Shown here piece after piece: positions 55,319 to 64,000 of a DNA stretch of 64,000 bases. The DNA is taken from NCBI RefSeq assembly GCF_006345805.1, contig NC_042998.1:123690001-123754000 (forward strand). The letters are read 5' to 3'. The DNA comes from Octopus sinensis. Taxonomy: Eukaryota. Below the pieces are notes generated by a model, which was given only the letters and a program-made list of their open reading frames with translations, made no database searches and was not told the origin of the DNA. Made by a program: the position numbers and the translations under genes. How positions within the stretch are numbered: the first letter of the stretch is position 1; every line of letters starts with the position of its first letter.

Positions 55319-57130
55319 CTGGGTGTTGATTGTGATTTCTTCTATGTGAGTTCGAATTATTGCACACTGATATTGTATGTTTCTTGTAGGTTTTCCCGCG
55401 CGGGTGAACCAAGATTCGTTGCATTATGTAAATTATTGAATTTCAGTTACTGTTTCGTCTGCACCTGTTTAATCCCCGTCTACGGGAAGAGGGAAGTAAG
55501 ATGGAGAATAGACAAAGTTACGCAGCGGCAACGACACGAGGAATAAATACCTACACCCTGGAAGTCCAGGAAATAGAAATTGACACAAGAAGGAAGAAGG
55601 TAGGAAGAAAATTTGTAAAAAAGGAGGGAACCAGTCCAAAGCTGACTCCCGCAGAAGAACTGATGAAAAGCATAGAGAAGAGGACGGTAGTATACAGAAC
55701 GTTGTCTACGTCCTCGAACAAGATAGAAGTAGCCCCAACAGAAGAAATAGAGGAATGCCTCGAAAATGTGAAAAAGTTGACCACGTCCTATACACATGGA
55801 AAGAAGTATGGCTCAGTGGAAATAAGGTTTGGCAATGAAGAAGATGCCATAAACCACTCCACGGAGCCGTTACGGACAACAAAATGGATACTACTTCCGA
55901 CGTACTGTGGCAAATGTACTGTGAGAGTTGGAAGAGTGTCCCGTCCCCCGCCCCGAAATCGAGAAAGAATGGCTGCTAGCAGCCATAATACACGATATAA
56001 AGGATGGAGTAGAGATCCTCAAGATAACAAGGACCCCAAAATCCAATTGGTGGGGATATAGCCTCGAAGTGACCATGCAGGTATCTTTGGAAGACTTGCA
56101 TAGTATAACGGAGGAAATAATGTTCCCGGAAGACAGCAGACTTCGAATAACAGTAGAAGGAAGACCAACAACATGCTTCCTATGCGGCAAAAGGGGGCAC
56201 ATGAAAGCAAGATGTCCCGAGAAGGAAAATGGAGAGGAGAAGAAAAGTGAAGAAAACAATACCGAAGAGGTAGTACTAATGAAAGAGACAGATACAGTAG
56301 AGGAACCCTTCTCAGTAGTAAACACGAGGAAGAGAAAGGAACGGGTGAAACCTCCCCCAGACAGTCAAAAAAGGCTAAAGGAGATTGTGATAGAAGAAAA
56401 TAGAAATGGATGCGAAGCACCAACAGAAGCAGTAGTAGAAGAAGGCACACAGGAAAAAACAGCATTACAACAGGGAGAAAAAGGAAGCGTTCATAAAATT
56501 GGTTATGATGTTTCTGCACGCCCGAACAGATCAGGACGGGAGCCGAAGCAAGCAGAAGTGAAAAGGAAGAGATATAAGTGGCATTTGGTCACATATTCCA
56601 AACGTAATAGAGAAATCGATTGTAAAATATAAATTTGTTATAAGAGTAAAGCTGCCGCCAGAAAAATACCAGGTATACACTAAAGGAATAGTCATATACA
56701 AAGAGAGATTCTTGAAAATGAGAGAAATGTATGGACGTTTCATAGACCCGCTGGGGGTTGAAGTCGAGTTTGTCGAGCTCCCGCCGGTCGTGGAATTAGA
56801 TTTGAAACCCTTTATGAACATTTAAAAAATAAGTATGTAAAATTTGTACTTCATAAAAAAAAACATGAGAAAAATAGACTGTTAAAATGTATAAAGAAAA
56901 AATGATACAAAAAAAAAGACTAAGAAAAAGAACAAGCTAAAAGGGAAAAACAAAACAAAAAAGACTGTAAAAACCTTTAATTGTAAAAAAGAAATCGCGA
57001 TTTCGTCTCGGAGCGGGACCGAGAAAACCGTCTCATATTCATTAGAAATTTAATTCATTGTAATTCATTCTTTCATATGTTTGTGTATGTCCCCTCTGTA
57101 TTCAGGCCTTGTGCCTATAATAAAGAGAAA
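55319..57130 (+). mobile_element. ORF1-only non-autonomous L1/Tx1-like retroelement with 15-bp TSD
   Basis: TSD agcgggtgattaaca (55304-55318) / agctggtgattaaca (57131-57145). Single ORF, A-rich 3' UTR, AATAAA at ~57119, no RT. Confidence 0.8.
55501..56825 (+). pseudogene. L1/Tx1-type ORF1 (gag-like nucleic-acid-binding protein, CCHC zinc knuckle), ~440 aa, two frameshifts
   Basis: MENRQSYAAAT start; RRM-like segment GSVEIRF..EEDA; CFLCGKRGHMKARC knuckle. ORFs 55501-, 55928- and a third frame ending ..LDLKPFMNI* join across frameshifts near 55940 and 56630. Confidence 0.8.
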
Positions 57131-57143
57131 AGCTGGTGATTAA

Positions 57144-57188
57144 CATATGCTGAGGACAGGTAACCACCCAGAAACTCGAGTCTGTGTG
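57144..57188 (+). ncRNA. Type I hammerhead ribozyme of the retrozyme-like unit
   Basis: catatg-CTGAGGA-caggtaaccaccca-GAAA-ctcgag-TC-tgtgtg. The core is canonical with a GUC triplet and palindromic stem III. The stem II mismatches fit CpG decay of cgggt/acccg. Confidence 0.8.
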
Positions 57189-59149
57189 TACCATGGAAGG
57201 CTAGAAATGAGAGCGATGACCTCCCCTCGCAAATACTAATCGGACACAGAATGTGTGTAGTGAGCCAGCTAGAAGAGATGTCTTCCAGAGGCTATAAACA
57301 TCAGTAGCACTGTCCTTTATGGGACGCTACACTTGGTTGGCAATTATATGTTAAATATATTTTATAGTATATCTTACTCTATAACAGGTATAAAATGTAC
57401 CACTAGGATTTGGAACATGAAACTATTCTGAAATTTGAGTTTGAATGAATTAACAAAGAAATATATTAAGAGACGAAGGAATAATTCCTAAACTGAAAGA
57501 TAAAACAGTTTATTCATAGTTTCAAATATATTAAGTCTATATTCATTTAAATGACATTTTGTCTTAAAACATAACATTTTATGAAAGCATTTAATTTAAT
57601 TTCTCATATCCCTCTGGCATAAACCTTAGTCCACCTCATATTTAAAGGACAAAATAACGTTTTCCACAAAAGTGTCTCAGTTTTAGTAATCTAACATATG
57701 TGAAAAGTCATGTCAAATTTTTAAAAAGTTCAATAAAATGAAAATGCACAAATACACATAATGTATAATAGTATAAGTATTTATATCTTAAATGTTATTT
57801 TTATCGATTTCCATCATTAAAATAAAGAAAAAACTTGCAATAAATTAATTGTTTATTCTAACAATAAAATACATACACATATAATACATATAATGTAGAC
57901 CTGATAATCTGTTAATCTTGAACTTTATGGTATTCGTGATGCATGCAATGAATCTAGATGTGAAAGACGCTTATGTTAGAATGTAATGGGATACAGGTGT
58001 TTATCTCTCTTTTCGATGTGTATATGGATATAAACTTCTTCCAATAAGTTTTGACTCTACACTAAGAAACAAATGATAATGAAATGTTCAAGTGGAAGTA
58101 CAAACTATTGTATTGTGTTATTGCTATGATGTCCTTGCAGCATACTTTTCATGTAAAAAAACAACTCCCACACAGAGATTAGTGGAGTGGGGGTGGGGCA
58201 GTTAGATTATTAGGTATTTTATAAGATTTATTACTGGTCGCTTTTAGCTACGAATGACGACATAATATAAGAAATAAACATTGCCTTTACTACCGATATA
58301 ACAGCAACATGTTACCAAAATATGAACACAGCTACTCATCCATATTTATATAGAGAGATATATGTTTATATATATATGTATGTATATAGGTGTAGGTATT
58401 TGTGTAAGGAGAGAGAACAAAAGAGGTAAATTTGTGTAAAGGGCGAGCGGAACAGGCAGATAAAGAGACAAGAATAATATGATGCATTAATAAGTGGCAA
58501 TTCTGAATTTGTTTAACTAATTAAAAATAAATAATTAGAAAGAATTTTGTTCATAACGAAATCCCTTTTACTTTATAAAGATATGCTGTGTTGTCATTCT
58601 TTTCGAAGAGAGTAATTATTCGAGAAGTGTAAGAGTTTCAAATATTTCTCGAAGAAAACTAATTGATTTGCATCTCCTAAAACCTGTGCAGCTTGGGATT
58701 CAGTTTCACTGAAAGTATGCCGGCCAGAACTAAGAAGTGGGTGTTGATACCGCAAGTCATTTTTTTCTATCCCTCTGACAATTCTACCAATCGATTAATT
58801 AGGACTGCTACTTCATTTATAAACATCTAAACTATGGAAAGCTAAAATGACATCTTCCAGATTTGAAATTAGAGACCAGAGCGCCCGATCGTATATAACT
58901 AAGTAGCATTCAGACATATAAATATACATGGCATTCATACGTACATACATAAATTATGCCGTCGAATTCAGTTACGTCGACATAAAGGGACAATTCATCT
59001 TTCTGTAATGAATACAACCCTAAGAACATTCGCCATTGCTACATGCAGAGAAAAATATAAGAAACATATTGGCCATCTTCTTTGGAAAAAAGTGAAGCAC
59101 TTTTTATAGAAGATTATAGCGGAGAAAACTAAATGGAATTCAACAGCTG

Positions 59150-62100
59150 CCTTTACTACATATTACACCATGGCAGTATAGAAGACGGGTCAGCTATCAA
59201 AGGTTGGGGAACTATCGACAGAAATTTGAGTAGATCTTTGAATTGAATGATATTGAGTCAAATCGATAGAAAACTGGCCGATTTGATGTTATGTTATGTT
59301 GTGGTTACTATGCAGCCACAGCAGGAGTACAGGGATTGATCACAGTTGAAAGAATGGAACGAAATGGGTTATCTCCCTCTAGATATAAATTGACAGACTC
59401 AGGCAAAATAGTGGGCAGTTATACGCAATTTTAAAGTGAAAAGTGAATAATAAATTCACGATTTACTCGCTGAAGAACTGTTGACAAAAAAACACCAACG
59501 GGCAAGTTAGTTGCCCTTAAACACAATTTGCGAAAGTTAAGGAAATAATTTTGTTATTAGGAAAAAGAAAAAGCAGCTTCGAGAACTAAAAAAAATCAAG
59601 CACAAATTTAAAATAAATTGACAAGCAGTGTATCCCAGTATGAAAGGTGACTACAGCAAGTAATCTAGAATTACTTTGAAGAGGAATGTGGAATGTAAAT
59701 GAACAACACATTTGAGAGGCGATTTGATTAAAGTACTGCGCAAACATCTGTCTGAAAATTTATGAAATAAACGATAAAATTTTGACCATTTCTGTAAAAA
59801 GTGTCGAGTGGAAAATCACCTAGGAGAGACCTGATTGTTGATTATTGGTACAGAAAGTTCATATTACACAGGACAGCTCCCATTAACCAGTTCAAAAGAA
59901 CATTGAACAAAGCGATTGACGATTTAGCTGGTTGGTTGACAGTTGCCCGTACAATCAAGCCAAATCAGTTTAAATCAAGCCAAAACCTACGGCGAAAATA
60001 GAGAAGCCGATAGCATGCTTGAACGGGAAGCATAAATTATAAACATGTTACTTGAATGCATGCATTCAGCATCACTATGAAATACACAATGCTGTAACTT
60101 AAAAGTAGGCAGGGAAATAGAAATATGTATGGAGGTGTATTGAATAGATTCTCATCAACAAAAATGTTCCTAAGGAAAATAAGACGCACTGCAGAAAACT
60201 ACTGACACTCTGATCCTCCCTCATGGATTATAGAGCCACTACACATTGATAAATTTTCAACTGCTAGAGTCAATATCATTAAGTGCCCGGCAGCAGCATG
60301 ATCCTCATAGTTATCAGAAAGACCTGAAGCTACCACTATTGTTACTAACAGAATTAAGCTACCAACAGAATATTTCAGAGTGACAGGCTAATTGTGATGA
60401 TGATATTTTGTTTTAGCAATAAACCATTAATCAACCCTGCTAAGAAAATACATGATAGAAGATGAATTTTACTGACATCGTTTTTGTAGATGACTATAAT
60501 CTATTCTCGAGTAATATTCATAAAACCAAGAAACAGAACTGGTCAGAGCATTCTCCAGGTATATAGGAATGGAGTTTGCTGAGGACAGGGACCCATACAT
60601 GGTTGTCAAACGAGGAAAGATTGTCAACAAAGGAAGGAATGCAGATATCAATAGCCTCTCTATCTCCTTTATTACCTATGATGACCTTTTACCTTGGAAT
60701 TGAATATAATATTGCATATGTTGGTGTTGTGAATAAAGCTAGAGTATCAAAATGATATTTCAGAACAAATTTCGGAATATATGGAATTCAGAGGTGCCTG
60801 TATTCAATAATTTTGTGCCCTGTAGTGCTTTCACAGTGCTATTGCTGGTGCCAACATTTGGGATTTTATACCGAGCCCTTTATGCAAATCACAATTTAGA
60901 CATGAAGACGAAGATGCAATAACTGGTAAATTTACAACGACTCCTTCAGGATCTATTTTAAATGGAATGATGAAATTATAATCATAAGGTCATTTAAGAG
61001 TGCCTTTCGGTGCTGTTTTGTGCCACTTCGACCACAACTATTGAAAAGTAAACAGCAAAATAAGTACATCATTGAAGGTAATGCCATCATGAGATTAAGC
61101 GTAGATTACAACTGATCCGTGTCAACGAAGAGCGGATGGACTGACCTATTTAAATAGAGATATGGAAGAGAAATACTCAGCATACGAGCAGGAAGTTATA
61201 CTTGAGTATTTATCCCACAAGCAAGAGAATATCAGCAACTTTGGCAAGAATAGTAGCCTCTCCTGGACCTGTGGTAAGTACATAACATCTCACAGAAAAG
61301 GCTACGTGTTTGCTAGCCAAGAACAAAAGACAGCTGCAATATACCTGATCATCAAAAAGATAAGGATGCCTATAGACTTCCACACCGTGGTACAAGTGTC
61401 GATTGTACCATGCCAGGGTGGATGATGCCATCCAAATCACCCGTTGGTGTTAGAAAACGTTCGGAAGATATTACTTTACCTTGTGACATGACATTGTGGC
61501 TAAGATGCACTAAATGCATGAAGGTTGTCCTGAAAGTCATATAGTAGAACCAGGAGATATCCACACACTTGCAAATAACACTAATGGGGCAGATTACAAA
61601 TTGTACGTCATTGCTGAAATCAGTTGCCGATCGGATTTGAAAGTCACTTCAAAACTTGAGGAAAATGAGATCATCCTCGACAACGGAAGAGACACCTACA
61701 AGAAAGTTGTGGCGAAAGAGTACAACAGGGGACGCCACCACCCCTTGCCGGAGCCTTGTGGAGCCTTTAGGTGTATTCGCTCAAAAAACACACACAACGC
61801 CCAGTCTGGGAATTGAAACAACGATCCTTCGACCGCGAGTCCGCTGCCCTAACCACTGGGCCATTGCGCCTCCATTACATACGCACATACATTCATACAA
61901 AATGTCTACATGATATTGCCTACACTCGAGACATTACATAATTGCGAAAAATATTTACAATACAGGAAGGTTAGTCCTGATGGATGCATCAAAGGCATAT
62001 CAGAACCAAAATGCTTTTACATCTTTAACATAAAGAGTACCGGTAGAATTCATTGCAAATGAAACCGACCTTATATTGTTCTGAGAGGCAAGGGGCAAAA

Positions 62101-62350
62101 TTCATGCAACGCAGATGAATTGGCTAGAGAGGTTAACGTGCCATGAAATGTTCAAGACAAGGAGAGCACATACGGTGAAAAAATAACCTCGCTATAAATT
62201 TTTATTTGTACCTCTTACCACAAAGCTTATATAGAGGTTAGAAATCTTTTTTATGAAGAGGAATAGAATCTGACGGGCGCCCTCTACATACAATTTATTA
62301 GGGTCACATGGAAAATTTGCAAGGCATATAAAATATTCTCCAATGGAGAT
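59150..62350 (+). mobile_element. Heavily decayed R4/Dong-clade LINE
   Basis: SGKSPRRDLIVDYWYRK (cf. WKAPG.D.I..YW.K); SLSWTCGKYITSH.KGYVFASQEQ. The 3' part (61900-62340) is similar to 29680-30190. Confidence 0.7.
61716..61873 (-). mobile_element. tRNA-derived SINE (third family), 5' part, nested in the LINE
   Basis: Minus-strand head ggaggcgcaatggcccagtggttagggcagcggactcgcggtcg..gtttcaattccc is tRNA-like, followed by a non-tRNA body. Confidence 0.8.
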
Positions 62351-62471
62351 TCCTTAAATTAAATTTATGGCTACATTAGAAAAACTTACATATATACATA
62401 CATAAATACATACATGTATGCAAGCATGCATATATACATATATGCATACATACATACATACATAAATGCAT

Positions 62472-63022
62472 GGTGGTTGCCCCCTCGTTATCGAGTATGG
62501 CCATTGCACGAAGCTTAATCAATGTTGTTATCGTGCAATGCCTATGCAAGAAGATTTTTTTAAAGTGAGGAAAGGCTGTGCACTGAGTCAATCCCACTCA
62601 CTAAGCAACAGCAGCCATAATCCGAAAAAAAAAAGAAGTCAACATCATCGTTAACCACTCAGCCGCAGGTTTTATGTCGGAGTTATCCCAGTTACCTGAG
62701 TTACCTTCTCCTAGAAGGATGCCCTAACAAAGGCAAGGAGTCCTTCACTCCCAATGGTTTAACCGTGCGATCGGGTATTCAGTCCGATTATTTCTATGTC
62801 CCCGCGCATGATACAGCCTTAAGACATTTATTTGATGGCGGTTGACTCTCAAGAGTTCCTCCGCCCATTGACGAGTTTTGTTTTTCAACCCTCAGGGTGT
62901 CCAATAAACACCCTCCTCACCAAGCAAGCTTGGTGGGGTTGCCGGTTTAGTCGCCGACGACCCGACCATGCAACAGGTTGTACTGGGTTACATATTACCA
63001 GTAGCACTCGAAAGTGACCTGA
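62472..63022 (-). mobile_element. 551-bp non-coding, highly structured retroelement (probably non-autonomous RTE derivative) with ~15-bp TSD
   Basis: TSD catacataaatgcat (62457-62471) / catatataaatgcat (63023-63037). GC-rich with stacked hairpins at the 5' end, no tRNA head and no credible ORF. The RTE assignment is from memory. Confidence 0.6.
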
Positions 63023-63059
63023 CATATATAAATGCATACATACATACATACATACATGG

Positions 63060-63782
63060 AAGGGACCTAAAATTTGGATATTGATACAAGAAGCTGACAT
63101 TTTATAGAAACCAATTGATATGTATGTTCAAAAGGACTATGGCGGGTCAGACTGATATACCAAATTGGCTTGCTACACCAAGGACAAATCTTTTTGCCAA
63201 AAATGAAATCACTGAGATGGCAGAAAACTACAGGCCCGTTGTTTGCCTAAACATTATGTACAAACTGTACGCCAGTTGCCTCAGCCAATTCTTCCAGGAT
63301 CATTATGAGTCAAACCACATTGTGAATGATGAATAGGCTGACAGAAAGAAGGGAGTGTGGGGTATGCTGAACAACTTTTAATGAACAAAGCTTTATTGTC
63401 TGAAGTAAGAAAACAACGCAGAAACATTCAGGCAGTATAGCTTGATTATAGAAAATCTTTTGAATCTATCCGTCATTCATGGCTGTTGAAGTGCTTACAT
63501 CTGGTAATGATAGCTACTACCTTAATTGCTGCTATAGGGAAAATCACAAAGACAAGGGCAACTACCCTTATCCTTACAAATGAGAACAGAATAATTGTTT
63601 CTAATAGTATAGGCATTACAAAGGGAAAATTCCGAACATATAGTCTTTCTGTACTTCTTTACAATTTTGCACTGAATCCATTATCGTTTCTATTGCAGAA
63701 AACAAATTGCTACATGCCAGGATCTTCAACTGCTAGAAATATGAATGTTATTCATAATTTCTTTCTAGACGAGTTGATGCTA
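63060..63782 (+). mobile_element. R4/Dong-clade LINE RT fragment
   Basis: IPNWLATPRTNLFAK..ENYRPVVCLNIMYKL; LDYRKSFESIRHSWL (cf. DY.KAFDS.PH.WL); SLSVLLYNFALNPLS; HNFFLDEL (cf. HL.F.DDL). Confidence 0.85.
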
Positions 63783-63870
63783 GATGAAGGCTGGAAGGTA
63801 TATCAGCCGAAACGTTGGGTTAACACCAAACAAGATGAGGAGAAATATCCATCAAATGTAAATAATATAC
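63783..63870 (+). mobile_element. pLTR fragment of the 47461-48200 PLE family with 5'-clipped hammerhead
   Basis: gatgaaggctggaaggtatatcagccGAAAcgTTgggttaacaccaaacaagatgagg matches 48100-48178. Confidence 0.8.
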
Positions 63871-64000
63871 AGTAGACCTGACATAAAGATTTTTGATAGA
63901 GACGAGAAACTGAGTACAGTCCTAGAAATCAGTTGCCTAGTGGATGTTAACATAAAGCTAAAGAGCAGCGAAAAAGAAAATACCTAAGCTTAAGAAATAT

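Larger units (their letters stand above)
55138..57353 (+). mobile_element. Retrozyme-like unit (~357 nt plus 32-bp terminal redundancy) split by an insertion
   Basis: Direct repeats at 55138-55169 and 57322-57353 (30/32 identical), a hammerhead at 57144-57188, and base-pairing between the two halves. Confidence 0.7.

Noticed and set aside
55346-55389. GTGAGT...TAG intron-like segment in the 5' UTR of the ORF1-only element
   Set aside because: It is only 44 nt and lies within a retrotransposed unit; unsupported without RNA data.
44700-61873. tRNA-like sequences (~44700-44778, 47965-48030, 54415-54500, 61800-61873)
   Set aside because: They lack complete cloverleafs and run into repeat bodies, so they are SINE or pLTR heads rather than tRNA genes.

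Overview
Eukaryotic, AT-rich, microsatellite-dense DNA made almost entirely of decayed transposable elements. The SINE, MITE and Penelope-like families resemble those of octopus (coleoid cephalopod); this is inferred from memory of those families, not from a search. No host gene is confidently present, and most short ORFs in the track are translated (TA)n/(CA)n/(TAGA)n repeats. Recognisable content includes LINE remnants (CR1/L2, L1/Tx1, RTE, R4/Dong, CRE-like), five Penelope-like element (PLE) remnants, a Tc1 transposase remnant, tRNA-derived SINEs, MITEs and about nine type I hammerhead ribozyme motifs. The most interesting locus is 55138-57353. It is a ~357-nt hammerhead-containing, self-complementary unit with a 32-bp terminal redundancy (retrozyme/circular-RNA-like). 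It is split by a complete, TSD-flanked, ORF1-only (zinc-knuckle) retroelement inserted at the ribozyme, whose 3' tail resembles that of a nearby SINE. Boundaries of decayed elements are approximate.
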